DNA of 63,104 nt, the filler included, from Collodictyon triciliatum (Eukaryota): assembly GCA_043381765.1 (NCBI GenBank). It is 14 parts of 14 records of this genome, joined end to end, with 100 filler letters (N's around TTAATTAATTAA, not from the genome) between each part and the next. Parts side by side here need not be neighbours in the genome. Positions count along the whole stretch, not along the records: positions 28,278 to 32,886 come from JBHJMP010005922.1; positions 32,987 to 37,594 come from JBHJMP010005923.1; positions 37,695 to 42,301 come from JBHJMP010005924.1; positions 42,402 to 45,787 come from JBHJMP010005925.1; 10 more parts are not named here. One strand, written 5' to 3'. The position numbers were made by a program, and so were the translations under genes. Under the pieces are notes generated by a model that was not told the DNA's origin, did not search any database, and saw only the letters and a program-made list of their open reading frames with translations. This document shows positions 28,403-45,536 of the stretch, piece after piece (positions within the stretch are counted from its first letter, which is position 1; the number at the start of each line of letters is the position of its first letter).

Positions 28403-31400
28403 CCCCACAGTATCGGGATTGCCATCCTCAATGAAAACCAGGTCGCGCAGATAAACTCCTCTAATAAAGATGAGAAAAAGAAAAAGCGAGCGAGAAAAAA
28501 AGCTCAATGTGCGACTTACAGACACCATACTCGACCATAATGGAGACAGCACTATGGTTTGGTCGGATATTGCATATCTTAAAGCTAACGCTTCGAAAGA
28601 TATACATAAAACTTTTGATATGATAAAATAAGCCAACAAACAGGAATGGTACGCAGGGTGGGTTCGAGGAGTGGATGTCTTCTCGGTAAGTTTTGTATGA
28701 GCCATCAGGATTCATGAGTTGCTCCAGTTCATCCATAACCTTTGAGATTTTTTTAAAAGACGTTGACACTTTTCACTCAGCAACAAATTACACAAGGAAA
28801 ACTTGGCAGATCATCCAAGCAGGCCGAATAATTGCATGTACAAACCTCAACCACATTTTTGCGAAGTAGTTCTCTGGTAAATTTCAGGCGATGGACAGCG
28901 GAGTTCCCAAGGCCTGCACAGACTGGAAGAGCATAATAAAATAAGAAAAAGAAAGAAGAAAAAGAGGCACACCAAATCGATGGACAGAGACAAAATTTAC
29001 AATAACAGATTTTTTTAAACACATATATAAATAATCCTCATCGTACTTGCGGCTATAGCATGGTAGTTTTTTAGTTTTCTTAATTCCTGTGGGATTTTGC
29101 GTTTGATGTTAGTCTCCTTAACCACATCCTTCAATAAAAAAACCATATAAAGTCAACAATACAAAAAAATGTAAATCAAATAAAATTAAATAAAATACTA
29201 GATTCAATTCAATAATTCGTGTGAGCTTTTTCTTTCTCTTGCGCACGCTTTCTTCCCACAAAACAATGCTAGCGACCCATGCAGATATCTGATTAAAACG
29301 AGCAATAAAAGCCATGATATTGGGCGCTCTGTGCTTGAGTTTCGGTTTGTTCCAGCTTTGATTCAGAAGTTCAGATGGCTGTTGTTGTGGTGGAGGTTTG
29401 TATGGTAGGATATGCAAATGTGAATTATTCATCAGGTAGACCGTTTTTAAAGAAAAAAAGAAAAAAGAAAAAAGAAAAAAGAAAAAAGAAAAAAGAAAAA
29501 AGAAAAAAGAAAAAAGAAAAAAAAGAAAAAAAGAGAAAAAAAGAGAAAAAAAGAGAAAAAAAGAGAAAAAAAGAGAAAAAAGAGAAAAAAAGAGAAAAAA
29601 AGAGAAAAGAAAAAGAGAGAAAAGAAAAAGAGAGAAAAGAGAAAAGAAAAAGAGAGAAAAGAGAAGGTAAGCGAAAGAAATGAGGTTACTTGAATTGCCG
29701 CGAAGAGTCTAAAATCGACCATGGTCAACAGTTGTGCAACTTGTGTTACAGTATAACGAGAGAATATTTGAGAGTGCAATAGTCCTTCTTTCGGAATCTT
29801 TACTCGTGATAAATAACAAGATATAAAAATAAGGAAAAAGTTTTAATACTGAGCATTCACACGAGACCACAACTGTTGTGATTGATTGGAGTCCTGAAAA
29901 AAAAAAAAGAAAGAGGAAGACTTACATGTTCATCCTGGAATTCACGCAGTTTGAAATCAAAAATTTTTGTATACGGAGTCCTCTCCGCTGAGGTGTCACC
30001 CCTGGCGGCGGCTTCCTGCAATATGTCAACACATATAGTCAATAATAAAACAGCCGCATACTGGAATGTTGATATGAGATCGGATAATAGCAAACGCAAC
30101 GACTTGAATTAAGAATCAAACTACATGGAGATGAATTCCTCTGCTCGAGCAAATATGTGAGTTAGATAAATGGCATATATATTCACACACTCTGGCTTTG
30201 ATCTGCTTTGTAATCAGGTTCCCTATTTGAGTGGCTAGAAGACTATTTGAATCCTAAGAAAAGGGCACCAATTTATCGATATATTAACAGCCTTGCCATT
30301 TTTATGAATGTTGAAATCACAAACGCAACTGCCAATAAATGGTTTTTTAAATAAAAAAAAACTCACATCTAAAGTCATTTCATCCAACAAGACCTGAGTC
30401 TCATCAAGCATATGCTCATCAAAATCCTCAAATCGAGTTTCAATCCAGTATCTAAAAAGGTTGTTAATCTTACTAATGTAAATGGGTGATAAATAGCAAT
30501 AGTACAGTAACTTCTGGAGTAAAATGAAAAGAGAATAAATAATATAACGTAGCAAAGTAAATGATATATGATGATAATAGACAATATTACTTCAAACAAG
30601 AGCCAACTCTCATTTGAATCGGGGCAACATATATTTTTTGCCAATCCGACATCATAATATTCTTTGGTAGTCTCCGCTGCGGTACTTGGAATCTATTTGA
30701 ATATATGATTATATATGAATTAAAATTAGACACATTGTTATGGCCAACAATATAGCAATTCGTTCTTTGTAGGGAACAATTTCAAAACCTCTCAATAAAT
30801 TTCCGAATAACAGTGTGTGGAGTGGTGAATGACTGGTATGTAATAAAAAATGTCTTCATCATCGCAGCATCTGAGAAGTGAGATTTCAATGATGAGCAAA
30901 ACATTTTTTTTTATCACGAGAACTCACAAACAATAAGGTCGATAGAGGGTTAAATGACGCTAAATTCCACATAGTCATTCACCTGAAAAGCGCTCATGGG
31001 TCATCCTCTCGATAATCTTATTCAAGGTGGCTGCGTTCACAGATGGACGACCGCCATCCTCAGATTCATCGGACATGATAATGTTATCCTTGGATTCAGG
31101 TTTGTCATTCCAAATGCTGAGAACAAGGGGGAAAAAAAAAAGAAGAGAAATTGATTAGTTTCAGGAGTAACCAGAGACAAGTATGAATTGGAGGGTCTTC
31201 CATGCATAAAACGAACTTGACATCATCCAAGGCAGATTTGTCGATGGCAGCGAGGTCTGCAAACATCAGTCCATTTTTTTTTTCAATTTGAGATTTATGT
31301 GAAACACTATTTGCTTTCAAGGTGACGGAAGCGAGAACCAACTATATCTTATGTAGGATAGATGCACGATGAAGTTTTGAAATGAGTATATTTTACCTGA

Positions 31401-32421
31401 CTTAGCCTCCTGTGCAAGCAACTTCTGCTCATATTCGATGAACATAGGATTCAGCGAATCAACCCTGGTTGACAATGCTTCCTGAATAGACTTCAATTGC
31501 AACTGGATGGAGGTGTCATCGCAATCATTCAACGCCGTAACGGAACCTGCAGTGTTATATTTTTTTTCATCAACTATAAGAAATGGTTATACACCAAGGA
31601 CAGCAAGTTACTTATATTCTCATAAATGCCATTATTGGGTGGCAGGCACATTGTTTTAAATCGTTGGAAAAATAAATCCTCAACACCATAATCACGTTAT
31701 TTAAATTCATCAACGGAATACCAATAATCTGAATGGCGCATTCACGAATATCCAGAGTCACGGCATGAAGTCGAATCAAGAACATGCTGTCTGTCGTTGC
31801 TGCGATGGCCTCATTAGCATATTTAATGAATTCCTGAAGAATTATGTTTAAATTTATTTTAAAAAGGATAGAAAAATTCTCCGGGAGAACGAACAGGTTT
31901 CCTTGATATATGTGACGCAACATTATTCTTGAGTGCATTTTTTTTTTTGGATTGAATAAAGGGAAAAAAAACTTTGAGTGCGTTTTTTGTCTGTTGGATA
32001 AGAACGGAAATCTTCTGTCTCTTTTTTATATTGAAAGACATGTCAATCAGCTTCGAGGTTTTGTCTTTCAAAGACTTTGCGTGCTTCTTCACAATACCCT
32101 ATATTTGATTGTGTTGAATTAATATTACTCAAAAACAAATTAGTGAATGCTGGTTAAAAACCTCATATCCGTCAGTATCCTCGTTCATATCATCTGCTTC
32201 ATGGGTGTCATTATCTGGCTCTTGACAAGACTCCATGTCTTCAAAAAAATCAGTTGAAGGTAGAGGCGGAGGCATTGGAATTTGGTCACCAACATAACGG
32301 GAATAGTCTATAAACTCGTCTCCTTCCTCACGTGAGGGAGGTGGGAGCTTTTTGGCCAATAAAAGGTGTTCTGGAAGGTCGTCTCCAAAACTCCTCCAGT
32401 CACTTTGTGCTTCCCGTTGGT
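28403..32421 (-). CDS. Ras guanine nucleotide exchange factor (REM plus CDC25 domains), partial
   Basis: [100 protein letters not shown]. Confidence 0.95.
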
Positions 32422-33079
32422 CTGCAAGTGTGTCATATATAAGTTATTTCCTTTTTTTTTTAAAAAAAAAAAATAATAATACAAAAATGACACTTACCAG
32501 AAAAGAATATCAAGTAGGACGAAAGGAAAAAAAAATTAAGGAAAAAAAATTAAGGAAAAAACTTTGAATCAAATAGAAGAAAAAATTGAAGTTAGATAAT
32601 GTGGCGATGAAATTTTTATAACAGAAAGAATTAAACAAATAAAAACAACAAAGAAATAAAAATGGAATTTAACAATATGGTCAAAAATTCTAAACCGGTA
32701 AAAATTCATAATCAACGCATGCATGAAATTAATGTTATATCAATATAGAGAGGTGAAAATCAGAAAGAGAATAAAAAAAGAAGAGAAAAAAAGAGAAAAA
32801 GAGAAAAAGAGAAAAAGAGAAAAAGAGAAAAAGAGAAAAAGAGAAAAAGAGAAAAAGAGAAAAAGAGAAAAAGAGAAAAAGAGAAANNNNNNNNNNNNNN
32901 NNNNNNNNNNNNNNNNNNNNNNNNNNNNNNTTAATTAATTAANNNNNNNNNNNNNNNNNNNNNNNNNNNNNNNNNNNNNNNNNNNNACGTGATAAGGTAC
33001 CCGTATCCAGATGCTTATACTGAATATGCACAATCTTGTTTAGGTCTTGACTATATGTATGAAAATAATAGTAATGATA

Positions 33080-33156
<77 letters not shown>

Positions 33157-33290
33157 TACATTTCCATTTCATTTCATTTTTCGAAAATTTCCCAACTACT
33201 CAAAATTGATTCTAATACCAAAACCTCTCTTGCTCAATTTGAATGAATAATTTTAAAGATAAGCGAATATTCTTTTCTATCCATCATTAG

Positions 33291-37449
<4,159 letters not shown>

Positions 37450-37694
37450 GTTCCCACATTTATCATGGAATCAATTTTCATTTTAGCCTCTCCATTTCTT
37501 GTCTCTTGTCTCTTGTCTCTTGTCTCTTGTCTCTTGTCTCTTGTCTCTTGTCTCTTGTCTCTTGTCTCTTGTCTCTTGTCTCTTGTCTCTTGTCNNNNNN
37601 NNNNNNNNNNNNNNNNNNNNNNNNNNNNNNNNNNNNNNTTAATTAATTAANNNNNNNNNNNNNNNNNNNNNNNNNNNNNNNNNNNNNNNNNNNN

Positions 37695-37925
37695 ACCAAT
37701 AAAAAACCAATAAAAAACCAATAAAAAACCAATAAAAAACCAATAAAAAACCAATAAAAAACCAATAAAAAACCAATAAAAAACCAATAAAAAACCAATA
37801 AAAAACCAATAAAAAACCAATAAAAAACCAATAAAAAACCAATAAAAAACCAATAAAAAACCAATAAAAACCAATAAAAAACCAATAAAAAACCAATAAA
37901 AAACCAATAAAAAACCAATAAAAAA
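37695..37925 (+). repeat. (CCAATAAAAAA)n tandem repeat
   Basis: About 20 copies of an 11-mer at the contig start. Confidence 0.95.
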
Positions 37926-37969
37926 CAATAATAAAATGAGCAAAATCATGTATGTAAGCAGAAGAATGA

Positions 37970-38500
37970 CACATGCATCTTCGATGATGAAAAAAAGTTG
38001 GCCGTCTTCTGTTTGCATAGTTTTTTTTGCTTAATGTGGCTGAGTGTCCATGCCAGAAAGAATTGCCACAGCAAGCCACATGCTAGCCACCCAAGCAAAA
38101 CGCACATGACACAAACGAACCATGCACCCGACGTCACATATTCTTTCCCTACATCGTTGCAGAGTTCAACCAACCAAAGATGCACGAGCATCTACAGTGA
38201 TAAAGTCATGAAGCTGTGGTTGCTGAACAAATCCTCAATCCCTGCAGACACACTATCACATCACATTCCTCAGCGACGTTGGTGGGGCGATGTTATGCGT
38301 ATCAACAGGAATTAAGAAACATGAAGAGACGAGAAACGGGTGCTACCTCAATAGCAAACAGAACGCATAAGGCCGCGCATTGGCGGACGTTCTTTCCTTC
38401 CGCACTGAGCCCAACAAGTGCTTCTCTGGTAGGTGTGCCTCTTTGAGAATTGTCTCTCAGCGGCTGAGCAAGGTACACCTTTTTGTTGGCACATAGGAAC
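37970..38500 (+). pseudogene. Degenerate WD40-repeat fragment (ATG16L-like)
   Basis: SSTNQRCTSIYSDKVMKLWLLNK/CRHTITSHSS/SDVGGAMLCVSTG resembles the D.TLKLWDL..C.KT...SSCND blade of ATG16L. Heavily frameshifted. Confidence 0.35.
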
Positions 38501-38560
38501 GAAGGCTATGCTCAACACATCAGCATCAGCATTAGCATCAGCATCACTGCCGAAACATCC

Positions 38561-39152
38561 GCCAAGGAGAAGGTTAAGCTGGCCCACTCGGGAGGCCTCA
38601 ACATATCCTGCTTCCTCAAGTGGTTTTTAGACAGAACAACTGGGTCTGCTGTTGTATTGTCATCGACGGCCAAGGCAAGGCTGAAGTGGGCCTATTGCCA
38701 CCTGTTTTGCTTCTGTGCGCTTGCCTTCCACCGCTTCAATCCATTTCAAACCATTCCAGAAAGAAGAAAAAAAGAAAAAAAGAAAAAAAGAAAAAAGGAA
38801 AAAGGAAAAAAGAAAAAGGAAAAAGGAAAAAGAAAAAAGAAAAAAGAAAAATAAAGAAAGGCTCAAGACACACGACCAACAAAACCCCACTCTGAAAATG
38901 ACTTCGAGGCAGTGCACGACAAGGCTCTCAAGATCGGAGCGCGGCAGGTGTTTATGGAGGACCTGTAGAAAAAGTTTATCACGGATAACATCTTCCCGGT
39001 CATCCAGGCAGAATGTATGTGCGAGCCGGAGCTCTATGGAGATTTCGCTGGCGCGGCTGGTGATTGCGTGGTGGCTGGTACACTTCAGGCTCGCCATATA
39101 AGTGCTGTACCGGATGCTGCGCATCATTGCTCCATGGTGGCTGCCCAAGTTC
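38561..39152 (+). pseudogene. ASS1: Argininosuccinate synthase pseudogene (5' part)
   Basis: KEKVKLAHSGGLNISCFLKWFLD (cf. VVLAYSGGLDTS..LKWL); an intron-like A-rich spacer; ENDFEAVHDKALKIGARQVFMEDL*KKFITDNIFPVIQA; ISLARLVIAWWLV; IIAPWWLPKF. It has stops and frameshifts, and the HGATGKGNDQ segment is deleted. Confidence 0.88.
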
Positions 39153-39731
39153 TCAGCGTCCTTCCAAGGCCGTCCTACTTACCCATATAGAGCCCATCCA
39201 TATTACTATTAATGAGGTGCGACAAGTTTATACCCTTCTTGCCCCTAGAAATAATAGTCAATGAATATACATTCCCTTAAATGAGGTGGGTTAAAACAGC
39301 TCCGTAAAAAACAGTGTAAGTTTTATGCCATTAGAAAAAATTGAGATGTTATTGACGGCTTTTCATGCTGATATTGTCTTAAGTTTGAATATCGAATGGC
39401 ATACAAATAAAACTAATTAGTTCGATTTGACAAAGCAATAAGATAAGCAGAAAGGTTATTTCGTTGTCCTATCTACATGAGCGACGACCAAGTAAATTCC
39501 CATAATTTGAGAAGAAAACGAGAAAAAAGCGGCTGTAAAATGAGAAGCATAATGAGTCGCCTGAAAAAAAAGGGAAACCGGACTAGCAATGATGCAGGTT
39601 TACGATAGGCAAAAAAAGCAAAGGGAGACACTGCAGCAAATAGAAGAATGGCTTCATGACCAAGCAATCCGCGCAATGAACCGAAGAGAACAAGAAAGGC
39701 CTGATGAAAGGGTTAGTAGGGCCCATTTTCT

Positions 39732-39787
39732 AGCCATCAAGTCAAAGATAGCAACATAATTATGAATATAGTGCTCAGTATTAATTG
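39732..39787 (+). repeat. Dispersed repeat, copy B
   Basis: Matches 5638-5693 at 44/56, ungapped. Confidence 0.6.
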
Positions 39788-40149
39788 TTATGCTTCGTTT
39801 ATCTGTTTCTATGTTTTCTTTTTTCTTTTCACCATTCCTAGGCGAAGCACAGGTACCAAAGGTAGTATTAAGTAGATATCTGTATCATTTTTATATTTAT
39901 ATTTATTTCCTTCACTACCCGAGCCATACAGAGCTGAGGGTGAATACCAGACCTTACTTTGTTAAGAAATCATCACATCCACTTAATCCTGCACCCACAG
40001 AGCACTTTGTCTCCTTTCAGCCATAACCAACGCCAGAGAGCAAAGACTGGAACATATATTTGTATTGGTATCGATAACAGAGCAGGAGGAGGAAGAAGAG
40101 AATGGAAGACCTTACAATTTTTGCGACTTTACGCCTACCAAAGAATCAT

Positions 40150-41299
40150 TGATTGGGACGGATAGCTGAGCACTGCTGCAGACGTCCTGAAGGAGATAAG
40201 TAGGAGCGCCGTGAGCACAAGCGTGCCTGTCCGTGGGGGCTAATACGACGGCAAAGAGTGCCCACCAGATGCCAACGAGGCCGATGCAAAGGTCGGGCAG
40301 GAAAGGAAGGCGTAAAGCCAGGAGCGCCGCCAGAGATATAGCGACGAGTGAGTAGCCGAGAAGATACCAGACAGCAACCAGACGGTGATAGCCCAGGCCG
40401 CGATGCCTTGCAGCCTGTCGGCAATGTGGAAGAGGGCGCCGACTGGGATGAGGGCAGTCGTTTGTCGCTGGTGAAGGCCGCAGGCACATAGGCACGCGCG
40501 AGGTGGATTAGGGTCGCAACGAAGGGCAGCAGCACAAGCCCGACAAGGACAGCCACGCAGATGGCCAGCGCCACGTAGAGCAGGATGTAGACGGTCAGGA
40601 GGATGACGTGGGCATCCAGCGCAACAATGTCACCCGCTGCCTCGGCCAGAACCGCGACTCCTTGGAAGCTTGAGACCTCCAGCGCAGCCATGACTCCGCT
40701 GCTACCTCGTCACATATGTCCGTCTGTCACAAGCACCAGGCAAAGCTCGCTCTGAGCATCGCGCGCGTCAGAGACGTCGCCATGGCTGTGCCTGTGAGCC
40801 CGAGTTCCGCAGCGCAGATGAGCGCATAGTTTGCTAGGATGTTGAAGAGGTTGGCAGCAAGGCCTAGGCCAGACACGGAGCCATACAGCCTTGCGCCTGC
40901 TGGTGCTTCTGCAGGACCGTGGACACAACGAGAAACGGCACCCCGGAAATCACCCAGAGGCAGTAGTCGCCCGCCAGCCGCGCAATGGCTGCATCATGTC
41001 CCCAGGGTGTAGAGATAGGTGCTCACACCGACGCAAAAGAACCACGACAGTTTGAACCATGTGTTGCCCAGCGCTGCTGCTGCCAGCTCATTCTTGCTTG
41101 GTGCCCCACCATCATCTGGTTCGTAGTATGCAGTAGGAACAGCAGCAGATTTGTCAATACTGTGGGGATTCCCAGGTGGAGCGGTTGCTTCAGCTCGACC
41201 CGAGTCTCCTACCCAGGCTCCTTCTGTGTCGCGGTGCTCTGTGTCTTTGTTTGCTTGCTGCTCGTTGCTGCCGTCATTGTTTTGGTACTCGCTGCTCAA
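40150..41299 (-). pseudogene. MATE-family efflux transporter pseudogene
   Basis: ELAAAALGNTWF..GVSTYLYTL; GHDAAIARLAGDYCLWVISG..LQKHQQAQG; ANLFNILANYALI..LGLTGTAMATSL; MAALEVSSFQ..LDAHVILL; AFTSD; RGLGYHRLVAVWYLLGY..GLVGIWWAL. No introns are evident; several internal deletions, stops and frameshifts are present. Confidence 0.85.
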
Positions 41300-41389
41300 C
41301 GTTCTGTGTGGATGGGTATCTTGCTTCTCCTTTTTGGGGGTGAGACTTTGTAATATGCGCGATGCGGCGTATGACTTATTCGGGGTTCA

Positions 41390-42120
41390 TTTTTTTCTTT
41401 CTTTTTCTTCCTTTCATTTTTGTGCGGGATGGTGGGGATTTTGGCTTTGGTTCGATAGTCATCGTTTGCATGGACGCTACTTGTTGGCCGGGTGACGTAG
41501 AAGTAGTTGGTAATCAGAAATTGCATCCTGCGGTTTGGCCTGTAACCTGGGTCTTGTGCCTGCATGAGAGATACAAGGCGAGGTTTAATATCTTTCTCAG
41601 CCTCTTTCCACATGTCTCTTCTCACAGGGTCTGAGTAGTAGAGAACGTGCAGGTAGCAAAGGAAGCTATTGAGGAAAGAGATTTATATGATGTCATTCAG
41701 CCTGTTATCAGGAATGGGTGGCTGGTTGTTGAGTCTTGCTTTGCGTGAGTATAAGCGTGTTATCCACATAGTCCATAGCAAATGGCCTCGCGTTACTGCC
41801 CAGAATGTTTTTGCCTCTGGACGCAGCAGTTGCAGAGGCCCAAATATCGCCTGGATTGGCCCAACAGCCGCAGTCGTCTTGAGTGTCAGCTGAAGAGTCT
41901 CACCGGCTGTTTCGCGCAGGTTTTGAGCGAAGGGATATTGCACAAATGTGTGCTCAATGGATTCATCGCGGTTGCTGCAAAGTGTGCATTGTTGGGAGAC
42001 TTTGCCAGCTTTTGCCGCGCGTGTGCCCATTCATAGCTCCCTATTGGTGATATTAAGCATTAGAGAGCGGTGATTTGGAAGGACTTGCGGGGTTCGTGAT
42101 TATCTCCAGCTTGCGGTGAG
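41390..42120 (-). mobile_element. Non-LTR retrotransposon (L1/Tx1-like) ORF2 3' remnant
   Basis: zf-RVT-like CTLC..DESIEHTFVQYPFAQNL and LLWTMWITR. The same frame continues past one stop (41683) into the 41625 ORF. An A-rich tract lies near 41390-41421. Confidence 0.75.
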
Positions 42121-42429
42121 AAGCCCAATATGTACATCTACCTCTAAACATATAAAGCGCCAAAATAACGCAATACGGCCGCACTTTAAACCTTTGATTG
42201 TTAATACTATATCTGAGTCATAGTAGGATGTTAATGGAACCGACCTTGTATTCATCGCGATATGAATCAACAGGTTGAATAGATAGGTTATGAAAAAAGA
42301 ANNNNNNNNNNNNNNNNNNNNNNNNNNNNNNNNNNNNNNNNNNNNTTAATTAATTAANNNNNNNNNNNNNNNNNNNNNNNNNNNNNNNNNNNNNNNNNNN
42401 NTTTTTCTTTTTTTTAATAATAAAAAAAA

Positions 42430-45188
42430 ATATAAATTTTTTTTTTTTTTTTTGCGCTTTCGTAAGCGCGGCGGTGTCGGCTTTGTTTTCCTCAGACCGC
42501 GTCACGACTCATGCGACTTTATCTTTTCTCGCAGACGTTGGATTGCACTATTTCCCCACATGTTATATTTTTCAAGTTAGAAGAGTGGCGTCGAGCTCCG
42601 AGTTAAGTTTGCTGTGTTTGGGCAAAGGCGGGCGCGTATGGGCGAAATGATGTGTCTTCAATTTGAATCAACAACATGGTATTAACTTGTGTGGTTGGTT
42701 GAAAATGCTATATGAAAGACGTACTCTCCTCGACTATTGGCTTTTGATTCGGCACAGTTCCTCTTGTGGTTTTCGATGAATGAGGATACCACTTTCACAC
42801 CACATATGTCGCATTTAACGACACTCTCTTGACAATGCTGGCTTCTTGAAGTCATTTGCAATCCCGTGGCTATGGACATGAAAAGACTTTCGGGAGTGGT
42901 TTGGCTGTCTGGGTACAGAGGCTCTAGATAGAATGCAGTGTGATTGTCAAGAAAAAGGAAAGAATAGTATTTTTTTTTATTGATATCACAAGTTCACTGG
43001 GAATAGAGTCCATCAATCTCTATATTCAAGTGAGTGAACCTATGTCCATGTCAATCTGGTGATGCAAAGATGTGATAGGCTAGTATTTTAATTGCATGTG
43101 TTTAGTGAAGTAAAGTGAAATAAAATGGAATTGAATAACATGGAACGATGCTTTTGCTTCCTGATACTGTAAAAATTAAAAAAAAATGCGCATAATCCTA
43201 ATCTTGACATAAATACATAGGTTGTTTAAGAGAAGGAGGAAAAATAAAATAAAATAAATTAAAAGACCAGACTGACCCCGAAATCCGATTTAATCTCATG
43301 AACTAGATGTTCCAGTTCAGGCAGTTTAGGTATTTCTGACACCCCTTAAAAAAAACAACTTTAGGATAGTGTGAGTAGTTTTTAATAAACAAACAAACAA
43401 AAAAAAAAAACCTTAACGGTTACATCCTACAGATAAAATAGATATGTGTGTCATCTGTGAGCATGTCGACAAGTCTTATACCGTGACTTTCCTCAATTTG
43501 ACGAAGAAATATCGCGTGTCTCTTTGAATGGATGAAAGATTTCATGGTTATCATATTCATGAAACGAGATTCAGTCGTTCCAGAGCCCAACGGGAATGGT
43601 TGAGTCAGCTCAGCCCAGGTATTGTAGGATGAGAAAGGCGTTGGTAAAGGGTACTGATGAAGCTGCTCTTGTAGCCTAGAGTATTATTACATGATTTACA
43701 CTACAGAATTATTCGTATGGCAGAGATAAATTACTGTTATTATTGTTTTTTATGAGACTTTGAATCTAATTAAGGAAAAAATTATTGTTCTTATGAGAAT
43801 AAAAGGGCTCATAATTTGACAGAGTATTCGCATTTTCCAATACTCGTGCACAAGAATATGCAGTAGAGAGCATCATCATACCCTATATGTCCTTTTGGGT
43901 GTGGCACTGCGTCATGAGAGGCGATTTTCATTTTTTGATGTACAGGAAGAGCGATGGGTTGTGGCAAAGCAGAAACTCGAGGAGAAAAATCGGATGATTC
44001 TGGTTGGGCCAGTTCAGATTCAGAAGCAGGTTCCAATGGTTTTGTCGCCGACGGCAAAGCCCTATCGACTCTCTCAGGAACAAAATCTCTTTGGTCTTGC
44101 AGTATGGTATCGAAAGAAGGGTTCGGGTTAGGTGGATTTGATTGGGCTGGGAGACTGGACACAAGGGCGTCAGACGTCGAGCTGAAGAATTGGGCTATAA
44201 CTTTTTTCTTTTCTTCCTCGTCTAAGCTTTCTGATTCCACTATTTGCATAACGATTTCGTCACGGTCATCTTTGTTGGATCCGATATTCCTTAATAATTG
44301 CCGAATCAGATATCTTCGAGCATCTTCATTGGACCCCTCCTCAGCAGGACCAACCGAAGAAAAGTCATATTCGAGCGAGTGTTCAGATGTTGGAGAAGGA
44401 GAATCCGTTGGTTCAGGACTTTTTATACGACAAGAACTCATATGTGCATTCAGCTCTATTATGAGATTAAATGGATTGCATTTGATTCTTTTGCTTCATT
44501 TTCTATGTATTTAACGAAAACAATTTTTCTTAACTAAATGAGTAATTTCTCCTCAGAAAATGAAAGAAAATGAAAATAGGTTCTATTTCTTTATCCCAGA
44601 GTTAAAAAACACATTCAAGCATGAAGAAATAACAAATAAATTCGTCAATATCTGCAGTTTAATTTAAATTTGCTTCAGGTTTATACAGTACGACTACTAT
44701 ACCTTTCAAAAGAAACCTTTTCCTGCAGTTTGAGCATTCGTCTGTTCTGGAGCTGCAGAAATCAATGTGATCAGCTATTTCAGAAATCTCAAACTCCATA
44801 TGACAAAAGTTGCATTCGATGAGCTTCTTTGCGCATTCAAGTTTGTGGGTTTGCATGCGAGCACGTATGACATTCTATCCTCCAAACAAGGATGCAGATT
44901 TTAGACTCGCTTACAATTAAACAGAAAAAAAGCATATACAATCAAATAACTATATCTTAGTATTGATATTTCTGTTAGATAAAAAAAAAACCAGAGAGCA
45001 GGCTGACCTCACCACATTCGCATTGGACAGTTGTATGATATTCTTCTATGTGCTCTGGCATTTTCATCTTAAGAACTACTTCTCCGCATTTTTCACAACG
45101 AGTTTGATCCCGTCGGCATCTGGCCTCGTGCATTACGTAGTTTGCAGAAGGGACAAGGCGCCCGCTGAATAAATGAATTAAAGAAAAG

Positions 45189-45246
<58 letters not shown>

Positions 45247-45536
45247 GAAAAAAGAAAAGAAAAAAGAAAAGAAAAGAAAAAAGAAAAGAAAAAAGAAAAG
45301 AAAAAAAGAAAAGAAAAAAAGAAAAGAAAAAGAAAAAAGAAAAGAAAAGAAAAGAAAAGAAAAGAAAAAAAGAAAAGAAAAGAATGATATTTCTTTCTGA
45401 TCCGAACAAAATGATCCTGAACAGCTTCGATTGGGTTTCCTTTACGTTCATACTATATATCAAAGAAATCCTGTGTGGAAAAACGAAGAGCGAGCAATAC
45501 AAACCAATGAAGGCACTCGTTCTTATCGGTGTCCAT
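42430..45536 (-). CDS. TRAF-type zinc-finger protein, TRAFD1/XAF1-like
   Basis: MDTDKNECLHC|GRLVPSANYVMHEARCRRDQTRCEKCGE..HIEEYH; ECAKKLIECNFC..HIDFCSSRTDECSNC; C-terminal CDICG..H..C. The 3' end is approximate. Confidence 0.85.

Noticed and set aside
40146-40691. Initial reading as an Atg22/UMF1 MFS transporter
   Set aside because: The flanking frames carry clear MATE motifs (ELAAAALG, QAQG, ANLFN, FTSD).
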